A stretch of 60,463 nt of DNA from IMG/VR virus record IMGVR_UViG_3300020042_013559; one strand, written 5' to 3'. This DNA is from an uncultured virus (IMG/VR IMGVR_UViG_3300020042_013559). Taxonomy: Duplodnaviria; Heunggongvirae; Uroviricota; Caudoviricetes. The position numbers and the translations under genes were made by a program. The notes under the pieces were generated by a model. The model saw only the letters and a list, made by a program, of their open reading frames with translations, did not search any database and was not told where the DNA came from. Of this stretch, positions 47,603 through 55,611 are shown piece after piece (position 1 is the first letter of the stretch; every line of letters starts with the position of its first letter).

Positions 47603-50600
47603 TTAAATCTTGCTGCTCAGTTCTTTAACCAGACTGTATAGTTCTTGTACTGATTTGATAAGAGGAGCGATAAATTGGGCATGACCAATTGCTTGTTGAT
47701 CGATACCACCTTTCACAGTGAAATCCTGATAGCCACCAAAATCCACTCCAGTTTCATCAATAACCTGTTTAACTTGTTGAGCAACTACACCATGATGATA
47801 ACGAGTACGAATCTTGCTGCCATCCTTGGCTATTGGTACGCGACGGGTACGTTCCACCTTGCGTGTTTTGGTAACAGGAGTGCGTATTTCTTTTTGACGA
47901 GTTTTATTAACATCCACCAAACCATAAACAGGTTCTTGACGAGTACGGGTAACATTCACCAAACCATAAACAGGTTCTTGATGGGTACGGGTCACATCCA
48001 CTAAACCAAATACAGGTTCTTTAAACGTTACACCTTCTCCTAAATCTTTATCGTTATAATCAATAATTCGATTTTCTTTTTCAACATATTCTACATTTTT
48101 ATAACTAACGATTTGATTTTCTTTTTCAACATATTCTTCAGTTTTATAACTAACGATTTGATTTTCTTTTTCAGTATATTCTTCAGTTTCATGGCTGATT
48201 TGGTAATCGGTGTATTCCTCATCCTCCACAAATGTTTCTTCCACGCTATAATCTTCACGAATATCCCATTTATAATCCACTGGTTGTACTTTATTAATGA
48301 AATTAAGACCAAGTACTGTAGGACGAATGCAAGCTTTGTCGCGACAATCAGAAACACTTACAGTTCCAGATTGAGTGTAAACCGTCACGGCGGTGTTACC
48401 AAGACGAAGTTGATTGTTACCTCCGGGTTGAGCGTTATAACCAAAACCACCGCTATTACAATAATTACTAGCATTACAATGAGCATTGACTCCAAAAGCA
48501 GTGTTACAGGCTCCTGTGGTGTTGCAAAGAAGGGCTTGTTGTCCAACAGCAGTGTTGAAGTTTCCTATGGTGTTGAAATAATTAGCTTCACCTCCAACAG
48601 CAGTGTTACAGCATCCCGTTTGGTTGCAGAACAATGCCCGATATCCAATAGCAGTGTTTTCACATCCACTGGTGCTGGAAAACAATGCTTCTGCACCCAC
48701 AGCAACGTTTTCAAGACCACGGGTGTTGCAAGACAAAGCTTCATCACCCACAGCAGTGTTGTCACGACCTATGGTGTTTTGATACAAAGCTGAAGCACCC
48801 ACAGCCACGTTTTCGGTGCCAGTTGTGTTATTTTGTAAAGCTCCAAATCCCACTGCAACCAACGAAGATCCAATGGTGTTCTGATAGAGAGCATTAGTTC
48901 CAACAGCAGTATTACAAATACCAAAAGTATTTTCACGCAAAGAACCTGCACCTATTGCAGTGTTACATATGCCTCCGATATTACACACAAGACCTTCCAT
49001 TCCAAAAGCAGTGTTAGAACTTCCTGTAATGTTGTTGTACAAAGCCGTGTATCCAACAGCAGTGTTAAAAAATCCTGTTGTGTTGTAACGCATAGCAGCA
49101 AATCCAACAGCAGTGTTGTCTTCTCCTGTGGTGTTGCTAGTGAGGGCATAAGATCCAACAGCAATGTTACAGCTTCCCACGGTGTTTTCACACAAACTAC
49201 CAACTCCTATAGCAACATTGTCATTTGCTAAAGTGTTGTTATATAAAGATTTGTATCCCATGGATATGTTACAAACTCCCGTTGTATTGCAGAACAAAGC
49301 AGCAGCTCCTATGGCAGTATTATACGCTCCTGTGGTGTTGCACTCGATGGCAGAAAATCCAACAGCAGTGTTGTTAGCTCCTGTGGTGTTGAAACGCAGA
49401 GCTTCTGTTCCAACAGCAGTGTTGCTTCCTGCTATGGTGTTGCAAAATAGAGCACCTGTTCCAACAGCAGTGTTGTAGCTTCCTGTGGTGTTGCAAGTGA
49501 GGGCATTAACTCCAACAGCAGTGTTACAGGTTCCTGTAGTGTTGCAAATTAGGGAATTGGTTCCAACAGCAACGTTTTGATTTCCATAGGTGTTGCAACA
49601 GAGGGCACCAAATCCAACAGCAACGTTGTAGCGTCCTGTGGTGTTGGAGCAAAGGGAATCAGTTCCAACAGCAGTGTTATAGTCTCCTGTGGTGTTGCTA
49701 CAAAGTGATGAAAATCCCAAAGCTGTATTTCGAATGCCTGTGGTGTTAAGAGCGAGGGCATCAGTTCCAACAGCAGTGTTATTAAGTCCAGTGGTGTTGC
49801 ACTCGAGGGCATTGACTCCAACAGCAACATTTCTGGTTCCATAGGTGTTGCACTGAAGGGCATCGACTCCAATAGCAATATTAAAAAATCCTGTAGTGTT
49901 GCAACGTAGAGCATCATCTCCAATGGCAGTGTTGTTGTATCCTAAACTGTTGCACAGGAGGGCATTAGCTCCAACAGCAACGTTTTGGGTTCCTGTGGTG
50001 TTGCAATAGAGAGCATTAGGTCCAACAGCAACGTTGTATTCTCCTCCACAATTGCTGTACAAACTATATGCGCCCACTGCCGTGTTATAGTTACCGCTGA
50101 CAGCACAAACCATGCTAAATGCACCCATTGCAGTGTTGAATTGATAATTTGATCCACCACTAGCAACAGCCATGTTTGAGGCATATCCTACTGCAGTATT
50201 ATACAGGGCATGAGTATTTATGCCATTAGGAAAAGACGCATTAATGATTGCATCTCCTGCTAATGCTCTATAACCAACAGCAACATTACCTGTTGCACTT
50301 AATACTTCTCTTAAAGAGTTAGTTCCTAAACCAGTGTTTGCATTTGCATATTCATTGAGTCGCATACTTCCTTGACCCATTGTAGTGTTATCGCATGCAA
50401 ATTTGTTGTTTTCCAAAAAATTTCGGTGTCCAATAACAACATTAGAACCTGCGCTAATGGTATTAAGCATTGTAACGTTTCCGATTATTGTATTTTGTGA
50501 CAATGCACCTGTAATTTGATTTTTAGATACATCAAAACTACTAATTCCTATAACTAGGCTACGTCCAGCGGGACCTTGACGAAAGGGATTATCGTTATTT

Positions 50601-50641
50601 GCCCCGCTGCCCAGATTTGCCAATTTGCTTGCGTTGCTCAT
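47603..50641 (-). CDS. Long Cys-rich beta-solenoid tail fibre with C-terminal S74 intramolecular chaperone
   Basis: About 32 tandem 17-aa repeats NTTGxxNTAVGxxALxx; SDCRDK cleavage motif, LGLNFINKVQPVDYKW, GVVAQQV, FIAPLIKSVQEL. Confidence 0.9.
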   Translation of the reverse strand: MSNASKLANLGSGANNDNPFRQGPAGRSLVIGISSFDVSKNQITGALSQNTIIGNVTMLNTISAGSNVVIGHRNFLENNKFACDNTTMGQGSMRLNEYANANTGLGTNSLREVLSATGNVAVGYRALAGDAIINASFPNGINTHALYNTAVGYASNMAVASGGSNYQFNTAMGAFSMVCAVSGNYNTAVGAYSLYSNCGGEYNVAVGPNALYCNTTGTQNVAVGANALLCNSLGYNNTAIGDDALRCNTTGFFNIAIGVDALQCNTYGTRNVAVGVNALECNTTGLNNTAVGTDALALNTTGIRNTALGFSSLCSNTTGDYNTAVGTDSLCSNTTGRYNVAVGFGALCCNTYGNQNVAVGTNSLICNTTGTCNTAVGVNALTCNTTGSYNTAVGTGALFCNTIAGSNTAVGTEALRFNTTGANNTAVGFSAIECNTTGAYNTAIGAAALFCNTTGVCNISMGYKSLYNNTLANDNVAIGVGSLCENTVGSCNIAVGSYALTSNTTGEDNTAVGFAAMRYNTTGFFNTAVGYTALYNNITGSSNTAFGMEGLVCNIGGICNTAIGAGSLRENTFGICNTAVGTNALYQNTIGSSLVAVGFGALQNNTTGTENVAVGASALYQNTIGRDNTAVGDEALSCNTRGLENVAVGAEALFSSTSGCENTAIGYRALFCNQTGCCNTAVGGEANYFNTIGNFNTAVGQQALLCNTTGACNTAFGVNAHCNASNYCNSGGFGYNAQPGGNNQLRLGNTAVTVYTQSGTVSVSDCRDKACIRPTVLGLNFINKVQPVDYKWDIREDYSVEETFVEDEEYTDYQISHETEEYTEKENQIVSYKTEEYVEKENQIVSYKNVEYVEKENRIIDYNDKDLGEGVTFKEPVFGLVDVTRTHQEPVYGLVNVTRTRQEPVYGLVDVNKTRQKEIRTPVTKTRKVERTRRVPIAKDGSKIRTRYHHGVVAQQVKQVIDETGVDFGGYQDFTVKGGIDQQAIGHAQFIAPLIKSVQELYSLVKELSSKI
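47895..48019 (-). repeat. Three 42-bp (14-aa) repeats inside the S74 domain
   Basis: cacYaaacc at 47915, 47957, 47999; unit EPVYGLVxVTRTxQ. Confidence 0.9.
48061..48195 (-). repeat. Three 45-bp (15-aa) repeats inside the S74 domain
   Basis: gattttcttttt at 48070, 48115, 48160; unit EEYVEKENQIVSYKT. Confidence 0.9.
48473..50104 (-). repeat. About 32 tandem 51-bp (17-aa) coding repeats
   Basis: ccaacagcagtgtt core recurs with 51-bp period (for example 49461, 49512). Confidence 0.92.
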
Positions 50642-50829
50642 TTGCGCTTAACTTCCTCTACGCTAATGATTCCCCGGTGAAAAATGTTGCCGCTGGACGG
50701 ACATATCCATTGTGCCTCCCGCATAAGATTGTTGCCCACTTGACGATCCACAATCTTGGGTTTGGTCATTTCACCAGAATATGGACTGGCAATGGATTTG
50801 GGCGTAACAAATGGAATATTCTTGATCAT
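50638..50829 (-). CDS. Small late protein coupled to the fibre gene
   Basis: 63 aa; TATAAATA 5 nt upstream; stop overlaps fibre ATG. Confidence 0.65.
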   Translation of the reverse strand: MIKNIPFVTPKSIASPYSGEMTKPKIVDRQVGNNLMREAQWICPSSGNIFHRGIISVEEVKRK

Positions 50830-50834
50830 ATTAC

Positions 50835-50851
50835 TATTTATAATATTTATA
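50835..50851 (-). promoter_or_regulatory. Tandem late promoters TATAAATA (fibre operon)
   Basis: tatttata at 50835-50842 and 50844-50851; proximal copy 5 nt before ATG 50829. Confidence 0.75.
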
Positions 50852-50853
50852 TA

Positions 50854-51153
50854 TTATTTCGCGCTTTTGTACTGTTCTTGACAAACTTTAAACACCTTAC
50901 CTGGAATATTTTGTATAAAATCAATAATTTTACAATTAATTCCAATATCCAATTTATCAAAAGGAGCACTTCTTTTTTTAAGATCTGGAAGCGAAAGAAA
51001 ATGATATTCTTTTTCGTCCAGTTCAATCAAAACCCAGAATTCACCAGCAAACTTGCCTTTTAATATTGCAAAAAAATCACCTTTTCGATGTTTTTTAAGC
51101 TTGATTGTTTGAAATATTTTTGAGAGCATAACTGAAGTTTTTGATGCATTCAT
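50854..51153 (-). CDS. Hypothetical protein (start may be 51129)
   Basis: 99-aa ORF in the - strand operon. Confidence 0.6.
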   Translation of the reverse strand: MNASKTSVMLSKIFQTIKLKKHRKGDFFAILKGKFAGEFWVLIELDEKEYHFLSLPDLKKRSAPFDKLDIGINCKIIDFIQNIPGKVFKVCQEQYKSAK

Positions 51154-51988
51154 ATAGTTCTTCCCTTACCTTTTTGCTTTTATAACCCAGACTTTCAATT
51201 TTCATATTGCTCAACATGCAATTGCTTCGATGCACCCGGAAATTCATTTCATCATATGTTTTAATCTGCCAGTTGGGATTTTTAAGTCCATGTTCAGCCA
51301 TCATTTCAGATACTTCTCCGCCTCTTACTATTCCTTCGTTGCAAACATTATATGCACCATATTCCGGCTTTTTTTCCAATTTCATGAAAAAGTTGGTAAA
51401 ATCTCCCAGCATGTCCAATCCTGTTATGCTGTTTTTTTCATTTATAAGATTGTCATATTTGATTAATTTATAAAGATAGTTTTTGCTGACCACTTCGCTA
51501 TTGAAAGGAATTCTTATGCGAAATGTGTATGCATGATGATCCTCTAGCTTTTCCTCGCAAAGATGTTTGGTTTTACTGTAAAAGCTGCTGCGGTTGCTGA
51601 AAATGCCAAAATTAGGCATGTCATATTCACTATAAATTTTATCTTGATTATCATAAATGCATCCGCTTCCAATATTGATGAAAGGTATATCCAGTTCCTT
51701 ACAAACTTTGGCAATACGAACAGGAACCACCACATTCATCCAATAACAATCTTGCCAATTGTTTTCACAACCTTCCACGTTGGGACTGCCAGTATAACCT
51801 GATGCATTAATCAGATAGTTGGGTTTGCCTTTGATTAGATATTCTCGCAGTTTGTCTTCATCTTTGTAATTGAGAAAAGCTTGACGAACATTCTCAACAC
51901 TTTTAATATCACCCAATGAAATGAGTTTGCTGGTCAGATTTTTGCCTATATAACCTGATCCAAGAATAAGAACATTATCAATCATCAT
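51095..51988 (-). CDS. NDP-4-keto-6-deoxyglucose epimerase/reductase (RmlD superfamily, NRS/ER-like)
   Basis: ILGSGYIG, NASGYTGSPNVEGCE, GSGCIY, FYSKTK (YxxxK), RIRIPF, GAYNVCNEG. Confidence 0.85.
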   Translation of the reverse strand: MMIDNVLILGSGYIGKNLTSKLISLGDIKSVENVRQAFLNYKDEDKLREYLIKGKPNYLINASGYTGSPNVEGCENNWQDCYWMNVVVPVRIAKVCKELDIPFINIGSGCIYDNQDKIYSEYDMPNFGIFSNRSSFYSKTKHLCEEKLEDHHAYTFRIRIPFNSEVVSKNYLYKLIKYDNLINEKNSITGLDMLGDFTNFFMKLEKKPEYGAYNVCNEGIVRGGEVSEMMAEHGLKNPNWQIKTYDEMNFRVHRSNCMLSNMKIESLGYKSKKVREELYECIKNFSYALKNISNNQA

Positions 51989-52340
51989 TGCTGGGTCTTA
52001 TGTTGTTTTGCGACTGATAAAAAAAGCGATTAATGGCAGAGCTAAGTGCATCCGCATCTTTTTGGTCTTTGGCATGCACAAAATTAATTTGGCTGTTGCT
52101 CATATCATAACCAATCAAGATGAAACAATCCAAATATTCGCTGATGATTCCATCCAGATGGCTAAGATCAACAGTCCTTTCACTTTTCAGATTGATTTTT
52201 TGCTGGGCATAATTATGTAAAGCACTTTTGATTATGCTTTCCATATTTTCTGCAGAAATAAACTTTTTGGAAAGATCTTTGGAAGAAAGACTATGCGACT
52301 GGGTGTGGTTTTTGTTGCTTTTCTTGCGAGGACTTTTCAC
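51978..52340 (-). CDS. Hypothetical late protein
   Basis: 120 aa; GTG start with TAAATA 6 nt upstream. Confidence 0.65.
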   Translation of the reverse strand: MKSPRKKSNKNHTQSHSLSSKDLSKKFISAENMESIIKSALHNYAQQKINLKSERTVDLSHLDGIISEYLDCFILIGYDMSNSQINFVHAKDQKDADALSSAINRFFYQSQNNIRPSNDD

Positions 52341-52695
52341 TTGAACTATTTATCCGTGTTTTAAAAAATCTACTATTCTTTGCATTATTCTGAATTCCCT
52401 TTTCCAGTAAAAGCAAAACCACACTTTCAATGCTGTCAGTTCTCAGGCTGAAATTTCTAATGAAACGGATTCCACCATCATTTAATTCGAACATGATGTC
52501 TCCGTCAAAATCCTTGTTGCGATAGCACGTGATAAAAACACTGCTGTATCCAGGGTCCACAAGAATGGTCCAAAGACGAGGATCGTTTTTGTTGTATTCC
52601 TGAAATGTTTTCCAGACAATAAAACCATTGTCTTTGAGACGTTTCACAAAATAACTGGGTGTTCGTATCTTGTTTTTGCTTATTCTTTTATTCAT
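52291..52695 (-). CDS. Hypothetical protein
   Basis: 134-aa ORF coupled to the sliding clamp gene. Confidence 0.65.
   Translation of the reverse strand: MNKRISKNKIRTPSYFVKRLKDNGFIVWKTFQEYNKNDPRLWTILVDPGYSSVFITCYRNKDFDGDIMFELNDGGIRFIRNFSLRTDSIESVVLLLLEKGIQNNAKNSRFFKTRINSSSEKSSQEKQQKPHPVA
52347..52352 (-). promoter_or_regulatory. Late promoter core TAAATA
   Basis: 6 nt before GTG 52340. Confidence 0.65.
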
Positions 52696-53426
52696 TTTGT
52701 TAAACAGGGTATGACATAAGATACGTTGATTCCATCGTTTTCATATATTACATTTACAATGCTGCTGTTTTTTTCAAATCGAAACTGCAATTTGTCTATC
52801 TTATTTGCCAAAATAATACGAAAAGCATCCAAAGGAAGTATGAAATTAAAGCTGCTTCCGTCACAATTCAGATTTTCCACTGTACGAGTAAATCCGTCAC
52901 AGTTGGTTTTTGTATGGTCGGAAAGCTCTATTTTTAAAATATTATCTTTAAAATAAAAATATAATTTATTTAAATCAGGATATATGCCACCAGCTTTGAA
53001 TATTTCAAAAAATACATTTGTTGCAAAATCCAAATTAAGATCAAAATTAAGTTTGTTTATTTTTTCAAAACTGATACGTGATTTTGGAACAACTTTTGGA
53101 TCATATGTGTGCAATATAAAATGATTGCTGTTGTCTTTATAAGTTAAAACATTTTTATCCATATTGAAACTGACCACATCTTTTTGAATAAAATCCAAAG
53201 TTTTGATGAATCTGGTCAAATCAACAAATGCCAATTCCATAGCATCTGTAACATCCGTATCAATACTGGAACTTGCTTCAAGAAAAAGTGATCCGTCTGT
53301 GTAATTTGTTTTAGCCTGAATCTTATCTTTTTCTATTTTAAGAACACATTTTGGATTCAAACGAGCCAAAGGTTCCAAAAAATATTTTGAGAACTTGTTT
53401 TTATTCTCAATAGTAAATCTATTCAT
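52692..53426 (-). CDS. gp45: Sliding clamp, gp45-like
   Basis: 244 aa, alternating beta/alpha clamp-like pattern, DLTRFIKTL...HTYDPKVV; in the replication cluster. Confidence 0.6.
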   Translation of the reverse strand: MNRFTIENKNKFSKYFLEPLARLNPKCVLKIEKDKIQAKTNYTDGSLFLEASSSIDTDVTDAMELAFVDLTRFIKTLDFIQKDVVSFNMDKNVLTYKDNSNHFILHTYDPKVVPKSRISFEKINKLNFDLNLDFATNVFFEIFKAGGIYPDLNKLYFYFKDNILKIELSDHTKTNCDGFTRTVENLNCDGSSFNFILPLDAFRIILANKIDKLQFRFEKNSSIVNVIYENDGINVSYVIPCLTK

Positions 53427-53820
53427 TCAGTATGTTCTTGATATTGGTTAATGCAATTATTATATTATCAATTTCCTTTCCAACTCTTTTGTCATGAATT
53501 GGAATACTGGATTGAACCATTGCATTTGCAACAAACTCAGGAGGAGCTGCCACTGTTGTTGCCTGTGGATGGGGTTGAACCATTGGCATTGCAGGTGGTT
53601 GAGGTGTCATTTGCGGAGGATTGATAGACATTGGAGAATCTGGAAGCAACTCTGTACCGGCATCTGCATTAACCCGAAAAACATTCTTCGGATCTGTTTT
53701 GACGGCTTTTAAACTGCTTCCTCCAACATTATGTTTATCAATTTCATTTAGCTGGGCGAGTGTGGTACCCAGAAAATTATAAACAATATTGGCGATGTTC
53801 GGATCAGGAATTTGATTCAT
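53419..53820 (-). CDS. Hypothetical protein with Pro/Gln-rich linker
   Basis: ATG at 53820 preferred over 53835; lies between gp32 and the clamp gene. Confidence 0.6.
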   Translation of the reverse strand: MNQIPDPNIANIVYNFLGTTLAQLNEIDKHNVGGSSLKAVKTDPKNVFRVNADAGTELLPDSPMSINPPQMTPQPPAMPMVQPHPQATTVAAPPEFVANAMVQSSIPIHDKRVGKEIDNIIIALTNIKNILNE

Positions 53821-54682
53821 TTGGTTCCAGACCATCCAAGAGATTCTTGATCAAATCTTCTTCGTTGTCATCTTTCTTTTTGCTAACAGGATTGGACTTT
53901 ACAACAGTTTTTTTCTCAACAAGATCGCTGTTGGTTTCTGCTGCATCCTTCTTCTGCTTGCTGAAAGATGTTGATGCTGCCACATTACAGAAAAAATGCT
54001 CATCCAAAAGCTTCTGCAGTTCATCTGCATTCTTCTTGGCATATACATTTTCCAGATCATAAATTCCTTCATAAATCTGTTCCTGCTTTTTGTTGTCTAG
54101 ACCTTCAATCTCTTTTGGAGATGTGAAGCGACTACTTCCGTAATAAGGATAATCTCCCTGCTTTTCCACTTTGATTTTCAGGTTACATCCTTTTTCACTC
54201 AGATCGAAAATGCGTTCGCCATATTCGTCAGAATCACTCATGGCATCATCAATAACCTTTTTTAGTTGTGTGCCATATCGCAGAATCATGATTTTTCCGT
54301 TATTGATCTTGTTGACAGGATCATCAACAACCAAAACATTTACAAGCCACTTTTCACTACGTTTGATTTCTGCACCCTTTACACGGTCAGCATCATTGCT
54401 GCTCTTGTAAAGCATTTTGTAGCGGGTTTGGCCAATTGGATCATATTCACCCTTTGGCAAAGAAAGGGCACTGACAAATTGACCTGTAGCAAAACTGTTC
54501 CAACCATGCTGAACATGATGGAAAAAAGTTTTGTTAATGTCATTTAGATTTGGAATCATGCGAACAACATATGTGTTGCCGATTTCAAGTTTCATGATGT
54601 TCTTATAAAGACCACCATTCTCATTCTTTTTGGAAAGAGATTCCTTCAGGGTTTCAAACATTGATGATGTGAATTTACTCAT
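53804..54682 (-). CDS. gp32: Single-stranded DNA-binding protein
   Basis: VVRMIP, HGW, NVLVVDDP...NNGKIMILRYG, IFDLSEKGCNLKIK, YGSSRF, acidic tail. Confidence 0.9.
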   Translation of the reverse strand: MSKFTSSMFETLKESLSKKNENGGLYKNIMKLEIGNTYVVRMIPNLNDINKTFFHHVQHGWNSFATGQFVSALSLPKGEYDPIGQTRYKMLYKSSNDADRVKGAEIKRSEKWLVNVLVVDDPVNKINNGKIMILRYGTQLKKVIDDAMSDSDEYGERIFDLSEKGCNLKIKVEKQGDYPYYGSSRFTSPKEIEGLDNKKQEQIYEGIYDLENVYAKKNADELQKLLDEHFFCNVAASTSFSKQKKDAAETNSDLVEKKTVVKSNPVSKKKDDNEEDLIKNLLDGLEPNESNS

Positions 54683-54688
54683 TGAGTT

Positions 54689-54715
54689 ATCTTAACATAC
54701 GAAATTATAAGTCAA
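54689..54715 (-). promoter_or_regulatory. Sigma70-like promoter for gp32
   Basis: TTGACT-N15-TAAGAT with TG extension, 6 nt before ATG 54682. Confidence 0.6.
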
Positions 54716-55341
54716 CTAAAAATCTTTTTATTTAAAATACTTTTTACAAAAAGACGGGCATTTTTACTGGTCAGGAACTTTTTATTATACAACTCATAAT
54801 TGTCATAAATGTCTGGTATTATGAATTTTGTCAAACCCGAATCAAATGCGAAAAAAGCATTTTGAAAACCTTCTAATCCCAATAAAAAATATATTGAAAC
54901 ATTTCGATTTTTTAAATGTGTAATAAAAGAAGGAACTTTCTCTTTCAAGTGATTTAGATATTCTGAAAAAGATATTTTTTCATTTTCACAAAATTTTTTC
55001 AAAAATACCACACTGTTTCTCATTTTTATCAAATTTCTCATATCATCTGGACCCTGCATAAGAATGTCTTTTTGATAATCTGCATATGTACGAATCGCTT
55101 TTCTGGTCAGATAATAATCAAAAGGAAAATATTTGGTGTCTTTGTAAAGCGAATAAGGTGCTTCAAAAAATTCATCCACGTTCAGATTATTGGAATCAAA
55201 AAACAGCTTGATACGTTCCACTTTATTTTTTACTTCCTGTGGAAGTGTGTCATAATTTTTTCTGGATCGATAAGGTGCATTGTTGGCGGTTCGATAAGAC
55301 CGCACAAATGAATTATAAATATTGAGCAAATCTGAACTCAC
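54712..55341 (-). CDS. Putative helicase loader (gp59-like) or hypothetical protein
   Basis: 209 aa, basic and aromatic, immediately upstream of gp32 as gene 59 is in T4; sequence resemblance weak. Confidence 0.45.
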   Translation of the reverse strand: MSSDLLNIYNSFVRSYRTANNAPYRSRKNYDTLPQEVKNKVERIKLFFDSNNLNVDEFFEAPYSLYKDTKYFPFDYYLTRKAIRTYADYQKDILMQGPDDMRNLIKMRNSVVFLKKFCENEKISFSEYLNHLKEKVPSFITHLKNRNVSIYFLLGLEGFQNAFFAFDSGLTKFIIPDIYDNYELYNKKFLTSKNARLFVKSILNKKIFS

Positions 55342-55610
55342 AGAAGTTTCAGCTTTTTATTTTTATTAAGATATTTTGTGATGTACTTGCTTTTATAAAG
55401 ATTCGGATCAAACTGTATGAACATTCTTATACATTCTTCATCTGTATCAATGTTCATCATTTCTTTAAACAGACATCTGTAGTTTTTATTTTTCAAAAAC
55501 ATTATAAAAACATTAGGTAGATTAAGCTTTTTTTCTGCCAAAATACACACCAGACTACAAAAACACAGAAAATAGTATTCTGTTTCTTTTTCTATGATTG
55601 TTTTGTCCAT
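55338..55610 (-). CDS. Hypothetical protein
   Basis: ATG at 55610 follows the upstream stop and avoids the long overlap of the 55727 start. Confidence 0.6.
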   Translation of the reverse strand: MDKTIIEKETEYYFLCFCSLVCILAEKKLNLPNVFIMFLKNKNYRCLFKEMMNIDTDEECIRMFIQFDPNLYKSKYITKYLNKNKKLKLL

Positions 55611-55611
55611 A

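Noticed and set aside
48473..50104. Regularly spaced ccaacagcagtgtt cores resembling a CRISPR array
   Set aside because: Period is 51 bp, in frame within a 1012-aa ORF, the intervening sequence is also homologous, and no cas genes are present
47675..50184. Several alternative-frame and antisense ORFs over the fibre gene
   Set aside because: Shadows of the tandem repeats, fully inside a well-supported gene
54683..54715. T4 gene 32-type autoregulatory pseudoknot leader
   Set aside because: Only about 30 nt separate the genes and they are taken up by a promoter-like sequence ending 6 nt before the ATG
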